Of a DNA stretch of 64,000 bases, positions 40,724-52,499 are shown piece by piece. The DNA lies in NCBI GenBank assembly GCA_963847445.1, contig CAWJZV010000004.1, positions 203,736-267,735 of the forward strand, in the 5' to 3' direction. Every line of letters starts with the position of its first letter. Positions within the stretch are counted from its first letter, which is position 1. This DNA is from an uncultured delta proteobacterium. Lineage in GTDB: Bacteria; Desulfobacterota; Binatia; UBA9968. Position numbers and translations under genes: made by a program. The notes under the pieces are model-generated. The model ran no database searches. It worked only from the letters and a program-made list of their open reading frames with translations, and was not told where the DNA came from.

Positions 40724-40738
40724 GCAACATTTGTGCCA
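40724..40738 (-). promoter_or_regulatory. Sigma-54 promoter for the TPR-ABC export operon
   Basis: TGGCAC-AAATG-TTGC, exact consensus. Confidence 0.72.
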
Positions 40739-40835
40739 TGAGAAACACTGAACACAACCCGTTCCTCTAAAACGTGAGCAGATGTGATTCGAGCTGCTGC
40801 GACAAAATCATAAAACCTTATGCACCCGCCATGGT

Positions 40836-41243
40836 TCACCTATTCAATTGCTCTTCGGCACGACAGTCCCAATACATCCTTTCAAGACGCGTATAATAAT
40901 CGGCAATGCGTTCAAGATGATCCATCGCCAGTTCAAGAGCTAGCATGTCATCCTTAGTATGGTCCCGCTCGAAATCTATTCCTGTGAGTAGTTGTTTCAA
41001 ATCATAGTTGATGACCGCTTTTCCGTCCGCATGACCTCCTGGCATTTTGTCTTTGTAGTTTTTAATGTCTATCTGATAAGCGTTTCTAATAGCCCTTCGG
41101 TACTCCTCAAACTTTAATTCCACGCTCTGACGAAGCTGAGGCTGCTGAGCTTGTGCCCAGGTACGATCCGACTTGACGAACAGCATTAGAGCAAAGCCCA
41201 TAATCACAATCGACGTGACTTGCTGGAAATTGTTCCTCTTCAT
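40836..41243 (-). CDS. Secreted protein with a DUF5661-like C-terminal motif
   Basis: Signal peptide; L.TGIDFERDHTKDDMLALELAMDHLERIADYYTRL. Confidence 0.6.
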   Translation of the reverse strand: MKRNNFQQVTSIVIMGFALMLFVKSDRTWAQAQQPQLRQSVELKFEEYRRAIRNAYQIDIKNYKDKMPGGHADGKAVINYDLKQLLTGIDFERDHTKDDMLALELAMDHLERIADYYTRLERMYWDCRAEEQLNR

Positions 41244-41333
41244 TTTTCCCCCTTACTGCAAAGGCATTTTCGTTTGACCCATCATACGCGACCTCGTGAT
41301 GCACCTGGCGACCCTCTGTCAATACAGGCCACA

Positions 41334-41348
41334 GCAAGACTCGCGCCA
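41334..41348 (-). promoter_or_regulatory. Sigma-54 promoter for the DUF5661-like gene
   Basis: TGGCGC-GAGTC-TTGC on the minus strand. Confidence 0.65.
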
Positions 41349-41484
41349 GGGGATATTTCCAAATCTTATTCGACCCGTCTAGCTAAACTTCTTAGGGCTG
41401 AGAAAAATCGGGACTGGATTCGCGCCAGTGAGAAGAACCGGAGCGTTGCGGAATGTTATCGCCTCAAACATCCGGCGCACCACG

Positions 41485-41912
41485 TCACTGGCCCGCGCGA
41501 ATCATTCGGCAGAGAGCATGAAAAACGGCTCGTACGAGGTCGAAGTCAAGGGAAAGAATGTCATCAAAATCCTGAGCGTTGAGTTTGAGCGCGTAAACGG
41601 GGTCGATAGCCTTTACCGTATGCATGGCCGGGTTGCGATCGAGCGCGGGCACCGTCCCGAATGCTTGTTTTTCGCCTAGCTCACGGACTGACTTGACCGT
41701 TTACCCTCGATCGCTACGCGCCCCTCTAAGACAAGATAGATTGCATCAACAGGTTCACCCTCACGGTAGATCGTCGCTCGGGGCTCGAAATGGACATCCT
41801 CGGTCAGCGCAGCGACCCTGCCGAGTGCCTCTATAGTGGCGTGACTAAAAATATCCACGGATTTGAGGAAAATGACTTTTTCTATTGCGGCAAGCTTTTT
41901 TTGTTCCATCAT
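41485..41912 (-). CDS. Cyclic-nucleotide-binding domain protein (frameshift near 41690)
   Basis: IEKVIFLKSVDIFS, IYREGEPVDAIYLVLEGRV, continuing ELGEKQAFG...F.DIL...AVFHALC to TGA at 41485. Confidence 0.8.
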
Positions 41913-44708
41913 CGATTCCAGGTCCGGTTAATCACCAGCGCCGCCGTTTCACGCAACACATCATTCTCAGAATTCACGAACTTCGCGATCTTGTCATGAA
42001 ACCCCGGGAGTCCTCTGATGCCAATTTCCCACATGGTTGCTGCCGTTAGCCAAATATCCTCTTGTTCGAAAAGCATGTGGAGTGCAGTCGTGGCATCGAG
42101 ACTGGCCCAGCCAAGGAATTCGAGAGACAATCGGAAGCGCTCGGGTTCAAGTGTATCGCCATAAAAAGGGAAGATATATCGCTTTACCTCCCCTGTCAGC
42201 AAATTATCGAGAAGCTCGACAGCGTAAGCTTGCTTAGCTGCATCCGCAGAATTGAGAGCGCCCCAAATCCCCCGAATATCTTTGGGTGGATAGATAAGAG
42301 ATAGCAGCCAAATTGTCCTTTCTCTCACGCGCTCCATGCTCTCGATAAGCGCTTGCCGCAATAGCGATGTGCGCCCAACCGATGATTGCTCGACACCAGC
42401 AAAAAGAACAAAGAAAATCGCGAACCTTTGAATATAGAGCATCGCGTCCGAGACAATAGCGCTTTCGATGATCTGGCGGTCGACCGGGAGATCTGGGAAG
42501 CGGCGGGCCATCTCTTCCAGAGCAAGAATAGACTGGAAACGGAGAGAGCGGTCCTCCTCAAGCAGCCCAGCCAAGACGGCGTTCATCGCCGACTGTGAAT
42601 GGATTTTACTGAGAGTTCGAGGAATATCGAGGCGGAGGTCGCGGGCAATCCGGTCGTCGAACAGTGCGTTTCTCAATGGCTTCACCGCCATTTCGCCATA
42701 CTGGGCCAGGGCCTGGCGCGCCGCGGCCTTGGTCCCGTGATTGCCCAACTGGGCGATCGTTTCGGCAACGAGTCCGGGATATTTACCTTTAGCCGCAGAC
42801 GCCAGCGCCTCGCGGACCACCGCCGCAGACTCATCCGTCCTGATCAGTTGACTGAGATAGCTGGAAAACTCAGGCTCCACCGATTCCCCCATCAGGCGAG
42901 CCGCTTCGACGCGAAGTTTGTTCGCCGTCGGAGCCGCGCGCCGCGACCATAGCGCGAAACGCCGCTAACGCCTCTTGGCGCGCCGCGTCATCGCCGCTGC
43001 GCAGCAGCAATTGGATGGCGGCGCGGCGCGTTTGCGCTTGCGGACTTTGCAACAGCGGCCGAACGAATGGTGCCGCGCCGGTCTTCAGCATGGCGGCGAG
43101 CGTCGGAATCGCTTCCGAGCGCACTTGAGCGCTCTCGGACGTGAGTAATTCGAATACCGCCGCCAAGGCGTTGGGCTCCAGAGAAGCGGCCACCAGTGAC
43201 AGAGCGCGCTTGCGCACTTCGGCGGATGGATGGCGCAGCAGCTCGCGCGGCAAATGCGCCACCAGGCTCCGCGGTTCAAACTTCTCCGCAAGGTCCAGGG
43301 CAAAAAGAATCGACGGCTCATCTTGTTGATCTAAAGTAGCCAGCACGGTATCGATTGTCCCCTCGTCCGCAAAATCGATCCTCGCGGTCTCAAGGGAGAC
43401 TGCGCGGTAGGTCAAACTGCGGCGCAGGGCGTCAACGTAACCCGCGTGCGCGCGGGAAACCAGGGCGAACCAGACGGCCACGAGAGCGATGGAAAAATAA
43501 CCGACGAACGTAACCGGATTCCCCGCCAGGGCGAGCGAGCCCAGGAGAATGATCACCGCGGCCATGCCGTCCGCTAGCCGCTCGACGGTCACGTCGAGGA
43601 AAACTTTAACCTTGTCCTTAATCGCGTCGGGGATCGGCAGATACAGAATCTGCACGCCGCTCTGATTAATACCGGTGCGCAGAGAAGCCTCGGCCAGCCG
43701 CGTCGCGGTGGCTGCCATCAAACCGGGCCATGCCAGCATGCTGAGCAATCCCGCAAGTAGCGTGGACGGAAGAAAGAGCAGACTTGGGCCTAAGCCCAGC
43801 CGCGTCAGAACCTTCCCGGTGAGCCAGAGCTGGCCGACCATGGTAACGGCGCTCAGCCACGCATAGTAGGAGCCGAAAAAACTCGCCAGTGCATCTGCGG
43901 TCGGATAGGCGAGTTTCACCGTGGCTTTAAACTGATAGTCGATCAAGGTCGAAACCACCACCGAAACAAAAATCACTCCGGCGATGGTGCGCAGGTAGCC
44001 GGTACCGAGGATTTCCTGCAAGATACCCGGCGCGTTCGGCGGCACCGTTTCGTGGACCGCGTCATTTTCCCGACGATTGACCGCGAACAACCGATCTCGC
44101 TCTCTCAGGGCTAGACCGGCCACGACGAAAGCGCCAGCAAGCAGCGCGACCACGAGCCAGAGGAGCTGTCGCGTGCCAAAAAGAAAATTCACCGCCCAAT
44201 TCGCCGCAAGCCCGCCCACCATCGCGCCCAGGGTCCCGCCGGCCGTGATTATGCCGAAGAGGCGTTTACCGTCGCGCGGATTGAACAGTCCGTTGGCCAA
44301 CATCCAAAATTGCGCTACCAAGATAAGGCCGCCGATCGCCGACCACATATAATACGCGTAGAGCACCCAGCCAGCGCCATAAAGGGTGATCGTCAGCCAG
44401 AACAAGATGACGTTGGAAATGACGAACGCGAGCGAGCCGGGAATGAGCCGCGAAAGCGAAAACTTCGCCGTATAACGGGAATAAACGCCGATGACGACGC
44501 CGGCGAGCACCGCCGCGAGGAGATAAACATAAGGCAGTTGAGTTATCGGAAAGCGACTGAGAAAAAGCGCATCCCTGACCACCTTGATGATGTTATTGGC
44601 GGCCAGCAAGAAAAACAGAAAAGCCGCCATCAATCCGACGCGCGTTGCCTCACCGGGTCGAACGTCAAAGAAGCGCGAAAGATGGGTCGTCAAAAACCGC
44701 AGGGTCAC
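41909..44708 (-). CDS. Npt1/Npt2 (TLC-family) nucleotide transporter fused to HEAT repeats (frameshift near 42880)
   Basis: FFDVRPGE, IIKVVRDALFL, QFWMLANGLFNPRDGKRLFG, STLIDYQFK, LYLPIP..IK.KVK.FLD; HEAT-like helical repeats follow. Confidence 0.85.
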
Positions 44709-45015
44709 GGCTCAGCCATTTTGTTGCCTGCGACACGGGTTTAAATCGCAGTCTTGAACGTAGCTCGGCGGCTACGAGAAGTCTAACGCAGCGCGCCGTC
44801 TTCAAACTCATCGAGGTTCACGATGTCGAATCCCCGCGCCAGATGCTTGACTTTGCCCCTCGCAGAGAAGTGGGCGATGAGCAACATCGTTCGTCACAGA
44901 CGCAAAACCATGAATGTTAGTGTCTGCAAAGTATTTGATACGCTTAAGTCTGTTTCACGCCGGCGCTGGTCTTGACTCACTGCGAATGCGTTGCGGCTCT
45001 TGACTCAATTTAGTA

Positions 45016-45033
45016 TTTCGATAATTATAGAAA
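45016..45033. promoter_or_regulatory. Putative ArsR operator palindrome abutting the arsR ATG
   Basis: TTTCGATAATTATAGAAA (16/18 palindromic); TTGACT at 45000. Confidence 0.6.
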
Positions 45034-45034
45034 C

Positions 45035-45412
45035 ATGGAAAATAAGACGGCGGTATCGGCTCTTGGCGCGTTGGCGCAGGAAACCCGGCTGGCAATTTTT
45101 CGGCTGTTGGTCGCGGCGGGCGCCGAGGGCGTGTCCGCCGGCCGGATCGGCGAGGAGTTGGAAGTTCCCGGCGCAACCCTTTCGTTTCATCTGAAAGAGC
45201 TGGTGCATTCGGGTTTGGTGTCGTCGCGCCAAGAGAAGCAGTTTATCTATTTTGCGGTCGATTATGAGCGCATGGCCGAGCTCATGACTTTTCTCACCCA
45301 GAATTGCTGTCAGGGCATGCCGCAGAAGTGTCTGACCGTCGTTGAAACGGCACTGGGAAGCTGTTGCGCACCGGCTAAATCGAAATCCAAAACTAAGAGG
45401 AGACAATCATGA
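45035..45412 (+). CDS. arsR: ArsR regulator with C-terminal CC..C site (AfArsR type)
   Basis: ALGALAQETRLAIFRLLV.AG, TLSFHLKEL, FLTQNCCQG...C. Confidence 0.88.
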   Translation: MENKTAVSALGALAQETRLAIFRLLVAAGAEGVSAGRIGEELEVPGATLSFHLKELVHSGLVSSRQEKQFIYFAVDYERMAELMTFLTQNCCQGMPQKCLTVVETALGSCCAPAKSKSKTKRRQS

Positions 45413-45870
45413 AACGTTTTCACGTGCACGTGTCTGTCGACGATCTCGAAGCCAATGTTAAATTTTACTCAACCGTGTTCGGAGCCCCGCCTACAGTGGT
45501 CAAGTCCGACTACGCGAAATGGATGGTGGACGATCCCCGGATCAATTTCGCTATTGCGAAGAGGGGCGGCGGGGCAGGAATCGACCATCTTGGCATTCAG
45601 GTGGAATCGGACGAAGAACTGATCGCCTTGCGGGAGCAAGTTTCTGGAGCGCAGATCGCCGCCCTCGATCAACCCGACTCGGAGTGCTGTTACGCGCGCT
45701 CCGATAAGTACTGGACAACTGATCCGCAAGGAATCGCCTGGGAAACTTTTCACACCCTCGACGCCATTCCGGTTTATGGCGACACGAACCGCAATCAGAC
45801 GCGTGCTTGCTGCGACGCCGCGCCGACCGCCGAGTCCGCAGCTAGCAAAACCAGCTCGTGCTGCTCGTAA
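45409..45870 (+). CDS. ArsI/CadI-family glyoxalase-fold metalloenzyme
   Basis: MKRFHVHVSV, DYAKW..DDPRINFAI, DHLGIQV, CCYARSDK.W.TDPQG..WE.F. Confidence 0.9.
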   Translation: MKRFHVHVSVDDLEANVKFYSTVFGAPPTVVKSDYAKWMVDDPRINFAIAKRGGGAGIDHLGIQVESDEELIALREQVSGAQIAALDQPDSECCYARSDKYWTTDPQGIAWETFHTLDAIPVYGDTNRNQTRACCDAAPTAESAASKTSSCCS

Positions 45871-45881
45871 GCGAGATCTCT

Positions 45882-46325
45882 ATGAAACAGGAAATTCTGA
45901 ACGTTCTGTTCCTGTGCACTGGCAATTCGGCGCGCAGCATCATAGCCGAGTCGATCCTGAATTCCATCGGCAAAACCAATTTCAAAGCCTTTAGCGCGGG
46001 CAGCCGTCCGGCGGGCAAAGTCAATCCGTTAGCGCTGGAACTACTGGCAAAGAATCGTCTGCCGACCGAAGGTCTGCGCAGCAAGGATTGGAATGAATTC
46101 TCCCAACCGGGCGCGCCGTTCATGCATTTTGTCTTCACGGTTTGCGATCAGGCAGCGGCGGAAGCGTGCCCGGTCTGGCCCGGCCAGCCGATGACGGCGC
46201 ATTGGGGTGTGACCGATCCGGCCGCGGTTCAAGGCAGCGACGAGGACAAGCGCAAAGCCTTTCTACGGGCTTACACGGAGCTTTACCGGCGCATATCTCT
46301 ATTTGTCAGTTTGCCTTTCGACAAG
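45882..46325 (+). CDS. arsC: Arsenate reductase (LMWP/thioredoxin type), 3' end cut at the junction
   Basis: VLFLCTGNSARSI, TVCDQAA.E.CPVWPG, AHWG..DP; homology ends at SLPFDK. Confidence 0.88.
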
Positions 46326-46770
46326 GGGGAATCCGGCCGGCCTCGCCGCCGCGAATGTCGGTCGTCACATTGCGGATGCGGACATCGCCAATGGTGAAAT
46401 CGTATTTTGCGGGACTGCCGTCTTCGGTCCAGCCGCGCAGCACATGCTTGATCGCGGGATCGGGCGCATCCGTATAGTGGCTGCTATGCGCCTGGTTCAT
46501 CGTCACAACGTCGGGAACGAAGTCGCCGGCATAACCATCATAGTCGGTCGCAATTTTCACCCCGCCGGGGCTTTCGATCAGGAATGTCGCGTGTCCGAGA
46601 AAGGTCAACCGAACTTGTTCGGCTTCCAGCGCGGTCGCGGTGAATTTTGCGGGCTGCACCAGTGACGGCGCCTGCGCCATGGCAAGACAGTCGCTCGCCA
46701 TCGCATGCGCTGAAACGGTCATGTACATCGAGGTCAGCACAGAAACGAGACCGGCGAGGCTGCGCATCAT
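46326..46770 (-). CDS. MBL-fold metallo-hydrolase, 3' end cut at the junction
   Basis: LTFLGHATFLIESPGGVKIATDY, PDVVTMNQAHSSHYT, IRNVTTDIR. Confidence 0.8.
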
Positions 46771-46851
46771 CAGCGAACTCCTGTAATGTGGGTCGTCTGC
46801 TTCCGGGTGCTGGCCGGCATTCTCACCCGCTATCCGGCGGAAATGTGGAGA

Positions 46852-48042
46852 TCAGGGCACTGCGATCAACAGCAAATAGGCAACGAAAACCACCAGATGC
46901 ACGATGCCGGTCAGAACGGTCGTGCGACCTGTTCCGAAGCTGATGATGCAGAGCGTCAACGTTGTGGCAAGAAGAACCATGTCGCCGCCGCCCAGTCCGA
47001 GGATCAATTCCGTCCCTGTCAATAGGCTGAGCGCCGCAACCGTGGGGATTGTCAGACCGATCGTCGCCAAAGCAGAGCCGAGTGCAACGTTGAGGGCTCT
47101 TTGCAGTTCGTTGCGGAGTGCCGCGCGGATTGCCACCAGCGCCTCTGGCAACAGCACCAGAAAGGCAATGAGGGCGCCGACAATGGCGTCGCCTTGTTAA
47201 ATCTGCAAGGCTTTTAACCCGTCATCCACCCCCGCGGCGACGCGCTTGGCGAGGATCACCACCGCCAAGAGGCCCGCGACCAGGCAGACCGCATGGAGCA
47301 GAATTTCCCAGCTCGAACGCGAGGAATGCGCTCTTTCCTTATTCTGCTCGGCATGCTCGTCGATGAAATAGCGCCGATGCCGGACCATCTGCATGAATAG
47401 GAAGGCGCCATAGAGGAGCAGCGACAGCAGGCTCACAAATACCAGCTGCAGGGCGGAGAACCTTCCGGGGGAAGCCGTCATCGTGAAATCCGGCAGGATA
47501 AGGATCAGCACGGCGAGCGTCAGGAGGACGGCAAGATAGGCACTCGTGCCCTGCTGTTTGAGGTCCTGCTCATAGTTTCGGAGCGCCCCGAGCGTGAGGC
47601 AGATGCCGACCAGTCCCGTGCACACGATCATCACCACCGAAAACACCGCTTCGCGCGCGAGATAGGGATTGGGATCACCATGCAGCATGACCGAGGTGAT
47701 GATCGACACTTCGATGACGGTCACGGCAATGGTGAGAAGCAGCGTTCCGAACGGTTCGCGTAGTTCTACGGCAAGCGCCTCGGCGTGATGGAGCACAATG
47801 AAGACGGTGCCGAGCAACAGTCCGGCGGCGACCAGCGAGATCAAGATCTCGCCCATCGCGGTATGCGTGACCGGACCATCTCCAAGAAATTGAATTGCCA
47901 GCGCTATTCCAAGCGCCAAAAGGGGGAGAATGAAACCAAAAGCCGCCCGACCCTTGACATGACCCGATGGCGTCACGTCGGGCTCGGCAAGCGGAGACAC
48001 GTCGCCGGCCAGCCCCATGGGTTCAAATCTGCTTGTTTTCAT
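46852..48042 (-). CDS. chaA: Ca2+(Na+)/H+ antiporter, ChaA family (frameshift near 47200)
   Basis: HHAEALA..L.EPFGTLLLTIAVTVIEVS, LLPEAL.AI.AA..NELQRALN.ALGSALATIGLTIP. Confidence 0.85.
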
Positions 48043-48188
48043 GATTCCCCACTCATATCCGCCTCTTATAAGGCACCAGCCGCAGGGCTACCATGCGCGA
48101 AACACTCACAATGATGCGGCTCCGGCTCTTTCAAGTGCAGCCAAGGCTCCTTATCTCGCGTTTTCCGACCCATAGAGTTGTCTGAACA

Positions 48189-49195
48189 ATGATCCCCTTT
48201 CGGTTCTCGATTTATCGCCGGTCGCCGAGGGTCAAACTGCCGGCACGGCGCTGCGAAACAGCCTCGCTCTGGCCCAGCACGCCGAGAAACTGGGGTTTCT
48301 GCGTTATTGGCTGGCCGAGCACCACAACATGCCGGGAATTGCCAGCGCTGCGACGGCCGTGGTGATTGCCCATGTGGCGGCCGGCACGCGCACAATCAGG
48401 GTTGGTTCCGGGGGTATCATGCTGCCGAACCATGCACCGCTGGTTATCGCCGAACAGTTCGGAACGCTCGCCTCGCTGTTCCCAGGGCGCATCGATCTGG
48501 GGCTCGGCCGCGCACCTGGAACCGACATGCTGACGGCGCGCGCCTTACGCCGCGATCCGGTGCAGGCAGGCGATCGGTTTCCGCAGGATGTGATTGAACT
48601 CAAAGCCTATTTCGACGAGCCCGAGCCCGGCCAGAAGATCATAGCAGTGCCGGGGGCAGGGCTGAAGGTGCCGCTATGGATTCTGGGCTCAAGTCTATTT
48701 GGTGCGCAGTTGGCGGCAATTTTGGGCTTGCCCTTCGCTTTCGCCTCGCATTTCGCGCCCGATGCTCTCATGCCGGCGCTCGAGATCTATCGCGAGCGCT
48801 TTACCCCTTCGGATCAGCTTGATCGCCCCTATGCGATGGTTGCTGCCAATATTATCGCCGCCGACACCGAGGGCGAAGCGCGGCTGCTTTTCACCTCGCT
48901 GCAGCAGTCCTTCGTGCGGTTGCGCCGCGGCGCCCCCGGCAAGCTGCCGCCACCCGATGGTCAGGTCGAGGCCGATTGGACGCCGGTTGAACGGGCAGGG
49001 ATGGAGCAAGCCCTGCGCTATTCATTTGTCGGCACCCGCAACAGTATTGAGAAGGGCGTGCGGGCGTTCCTGGCGGAAACCAAGGCGGACGAACTCATGG
49101 TGACCGGTCACATTTACGATCATCAGGCCCGGCTGCGCTCGTTTGCGATTGCGGCGGAGGTTCATGCCGCCCTTTCATCGGGGCGTGCCGCCTGA
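48189..49195 (+). CDS. LLM-class flavin-dependent oxidoreductase (one T missing in the run at 48198-48200)
   Basis: MIP(F)SVLDLSPV..., [41 protein letters not shown]. Confidence 0.9.
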
Positions 49196-49215
49196 GCGGG
49201 TGGCCCGGTTGCCCC

Positions 49216-49384
49216 TTGCGCGGCAGGGCCGGTTCTCCTATAAGCCGCCGCACTTCAACTCACACGCGGATGCGGGATGTTTCGCACGGGAGACCAGTCT
49301 CCCCACATAGCGATACCTCCCTCCGGTGCCGGGAAACCGGTCACATCATCCGCGGCGGATCAACCGGAAAAGGATAGACAAGGC
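49216..49384 (+). promoter_or_regulatory. Sigma-70-type promoter and rpsB 5' leader
   Basis: TTGCGC-17 nt-TATAAG (49216-49244); leader CACACGCGG...CCGGTG...CCGCGGCGGATCAACCGG resembles alphaproteobacterial rpsB leaders. Confidence 0.55.
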
Positions 49385-50149
49385 ATGTCACTGCCAGAAT
49401 TCACTATGCGCCAGCTCCTCGAAGCGGGCGTTCATTTCGGCCATCAGACGCACCGTTGGAACCCCAAGATGAAGAGCTACATCTATGGGTCGCGCAATGG
49501 CATTCACATCATCGATCTCGCCCAGACCGTTCCACTGCTGCACCAGGCACTCGTCTCGGTGCGCGACACGGTGGGCAATGGCGGCCGGCTGCTTTTCGTC
49601 GGCACCAAGCGCACCGCGCAAGAAGCGATCGCCGATGCCGCCAAGAAGTCGGCTCAGTATTACGTGAATTCGCGTTGGCTCGGCGGCACGCTGACCAATT
49701 GGAAGACCATTTCCAACTCGATCAAGCGCCTGCGCCAGCTCGAAGAAATCCTGTCCAAGTCGGATGTCGGCCTCACCAAGCGCGAACTTCTCACCCTGAC
49801 ACGCGAAAAGACCAAGCTCGACCAGGCGCTCGGCGGCATCAAGGACATGGGCGGGACGCCCGACATCATGTTCGTGATCGATACCAACAAGGAGCAATTG
49901 GCGATCAAGGAAGCGAATCGGCTCAGCATTCCGGTCGTCGCCATCATCGACACCAATTCCGATCCCGTCGGCATCACCCATCCAATTCCAGGAAATGATG
50001 ACGCCGGCCGCGCCGTGGCGCTTTATTGCGATCTGATCAGCCGTGCGGCGATCGAAGGCATTTCTCAGGCGCAGGGTTCACTCGGGCGCGATATTGGTGC
50101 TTCCGAGAATCCGATCGTCGAACAATTGCCCGAAGCGGCCACCGCTTAA
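49385..50149 (+). CDS. rpsB: 30S ribosomal protein S2
   Basis: [37 protein letters not shown]. Confidence 0.98.
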   Translation: MSLPEFTMRQLLEAGVHFGHQTHRWNPKMKSYIYGSRNGIHIIDLAQTVPLLHQALVSVRDTVGNGGRLLFVGTKRTAQEAIADAAKKSAQYYVNSRWLGGTLTNWKTISNSIKRLRQLEEILSKSDVGLTKRELLTLTREKTKLDQALGGIKDMGGTPDIMFVIDTNKEQLAIKEANRLSIPVVAIIDTNSDPVGITHPIPGNDDAGRAVALYCDLISRAAIEGISQAQGSLGRDIGASENPIVEQLPEAATA

Positions 50150-50161
50150 CGGAGATACAAC

Positions 50162-51085
50162 ATGGCTGATATTACCGCAGCGATGGTCAAGGACCTGCGC
50201 GAGAAAACTGGCGTGGGCATGATGGACTGCAAGGCAGCGCTCGCCGCCACCAAGGGCGACATGAACGCTGCAGTGGATTGGCTCCGGGCCAAGGGCCTCG
50301 CCAAGGCCGCCAAGAAATCGACGCGTGTTGCTGCCGAAGGGCTGGTCGGTCTCGCCACCGCCGAGAAGTCGGCTGCCTTGGTCGAGGTCAATTCCGAGAC
50401 CGACTTCGTAGCCCGCAACGAAAAGTTCCAGGCCATGGTTGCCGAGATCGCCAAACTGGCGCTCAAGACCGGTGGCAATCTTGAGAAGCTCAAGACGGCG
50501 ACCTATCCCGGTTCGCATCATGCCGTCGCTGAATATGTCGCCGAGGTGGTGGCGACCATCGGCGAGAACATGACGGTTCGCCGCGCGGCCGCATTGTCGG
50601 TCGGCAATGGTGTGATCGGCGCCTATGTTCACAACCAGATCGCTCCCGGCCTCGGCAAGATCGGCGTGATGGTGGCACTCGAATCGACCGGCAACGCGGA
50701 AGAACTGAAAGCGTTCGGCCGGCTTCTGGCGATGCATGTTGCAGCGACCAATCCGGTTGCTTTGGACCTCGCCGGCGTGCCGCCCGAGACGCTGGCGCGC
50801 GAGAAGGCCATTCTCGAAGAGAAGAATGCCGGCAAGCCGGCCAATGTCCTCGAGAAGATCGTGGCGAGCGGGCTCAAGTCGTACGCCAAGGAGAATTGCC
50901 TCCTCGAGCAAGTTTATGTGCATGACGGCGCCAAGACGGTGACGCAAGCCCTCGGTGAGGCCGCCGCCAAGGCGGGTGCGCCGATCAAGATCGCCGCTTT
51001 TGTCCGCATGCAGTTGGGCGAGGGTATCGAAAAGGGCAATGACGACTTCGCAGCCGAGGTAGCCAAAGCAGCCGGGCAAGCCTGA
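50162..51085 (+). CDS. tsf: Elongation factor Ts
   Basis: [28 protein letters not shown]. Confidence 0.98.
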   Translation: MADITAAMVKDLREKTGVGMMDCKAALAATKGDMNAAVDWLRAKGLAKAAKKSTRVAAEGLVGLATAEKSAALVEVNSETDFVARNEKFQAMVAEIAKLALKTGGNLEKLKTATYPGSHHAVAEYVAEVVATIGENMTVRRAAALSVGNGVIGAYVHNQIAPGLGKIGVMVALESTGNAEELKAFGRLLAMHVAATNPVALDLAGVPPETLAREKAILEEKNAGKPANVLEKIVASGLKSYAKENCLLEQVYVHDGAKTVTQALGEAAAKAGAPIKIAAFVRMQLGEGIEKGNDDFAAEVAKAAGQA

Positions 51086-51172
51086 TACTCTTAGCCTGCA
51101 CCGATTGAGGATAAAGGCGAATCAGCGTCGGGCGGGTTATGACGTCGGCCGGCGTCCGCCGGAGAATTTGAA

Positions 51173-51892
51173 ATGAAAGAACTCGCCTATAAGCGCATCC
51201 TGCTCAAGGTGTCGGGCGAGGCGCTGATGGGTGGGCGTGAGTTCGGCATCGACCTCGCAACTGTTGGTCGTGTCGCCGACGATGCGATTGCCTGTCTGAA
51301 AGCTGGCGCGCAGATCGCTCTGGTAATCGGCGGCGGCAATATTTTCCGGGGCGTGGCGGGCGCCGCCAAAGGCATGGATCGGGTGAGTGCCGATCACATG
51401 GGCATACTGGCAACGGTCATGAATGCGCTCGCCATGCAGGGCGTCTTGCAGGGCAAGGGCATCGATGCGCGCGTATTGTCGGCCATTGCCATGCCGACCG
51501 TGTGCGAGACTTATTCCCGCGACAAGGCGGTGCACCACCTCTCGGAGGGCAGGGTGGTGATATGCGCGGCGGGCACTGGGTTGCCCTTCTTTACAACCGA
51601 TACGGGTGCCGCCCTGCGCGCCGCCGAGATGGCCTGCGATGCGTTGTTCAAGGGCACCAGTGTCGATGGAATTTACTCGGCCGATCCCAAGACCGATCCC
51701 AAGGCCACTCGCTTCGAGCGGCTGACCTACAACGACATTCTTGCCCGCGATCTGCGCATCATGGACCCCGCCGCCATAGCGCTTGCGCGCGATAATGCGA
51801 TTCCGGTAGTTGTGTTCTCGATCCGGACGCCCGGCGAGGTGTTGCGCGTCTTGCGCGGCAACGGCCGTGCGACAATTGTGACGAGAAACTGA
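51173..51892 (+). CDS. pyrH: UMP kinase
   Basis: [33 protein letters not shown]. Confidence 0.98.
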   Translation: MKELAYKRILLKVSGEALMGGREFGIDLATVGRVADDAIACLKAGAQIALVIGGGNIFRGVAGAAKGMDRVSADHMGILATVMNALAMQGVLQGKGIDARVLSAIAMPTVCETYSRDKAVHHLSEGRVVICAAGTGLPFFTTDTGAALRAAEMACDALFKGTSVDGIYSADPKTDPKATRFERLTYNDILARDLRIMDPAAIALARDNAIPVVVFSIRTPGEVLRVLRGNGRATIVTRN

Positions 51893-51893
51893 C

Positions 51894-52460
51894 ATGGCAC
51901 AACCCGCTCCCTATGACGCCAAGGAGCTGAAACGGCGCATGCATGGCGCTGTCGACGCGCTGAGACACGATTTCTCCGGTCTGCGCACCAGCCGCGCCTC
52001 AGCCAGCCTCCTCGACCCGATCCATGTCGAAGCCTATGGCGCCCAGATGCCCCTTAACCAAGTTGCATCTGTTTCGGTGCCCGAGCCGCGGCTCATTTCC
52101 GTTAACGTGTGGGATCGCGGGCTTGTCATTGCCGTGGAGAAGGCGATCCGCGCCTCCAATCTGGGCTTGAACCCGCAAACCGAAGGCCAGGTCATCCGTC
52201 TCAGAATGCCCGACCTCACCCAGGAGCGGCGCAAGGAATTGGTTAAGGTCGCTCACCAGTATGCCGAGAAGGCCCGCATTGCCGTGCGCAATGTCCGTCG
52301 CGACGGAATGGAACATCTCAAGCTCCTCGAAAAGGAGCATCTGATCAGTGAGGACGACCATCGCCACAAGTCGGACGAAGTCCAAAAGCTCACCGACGAG
52401 ACCATTCGCGAGATCGATGCGACGCTTAAGACTAAAGAAGGCGAGATTATGCAGGTTTGA
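51894..52460 (+). CDS. frr: Ribosome recycling factor
   Basis: [31 protein letters not shown]. Confidence 0.98.
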   Translation: MAQPAPYDAKELKRRMHGAVDALRHDFSGLRTSRASASLLDPIHVEAYGAQMPLNQVASVSVPEPRLISVNVWDRGLVIAVEKAIRASNLGLNPQTEGQVIRLRMPDLTQERRKELVKVAHQYAEKARIAVRNVRRDGMEHLKLLEKEHLISEDDHRHKSDEVQKLTDETIREIDATLKTKEGEIMQV

Positions 52461-52499
52461 GGGGCGGCCTGACCACGTAACTCCGAGAGGCAATTTGCG

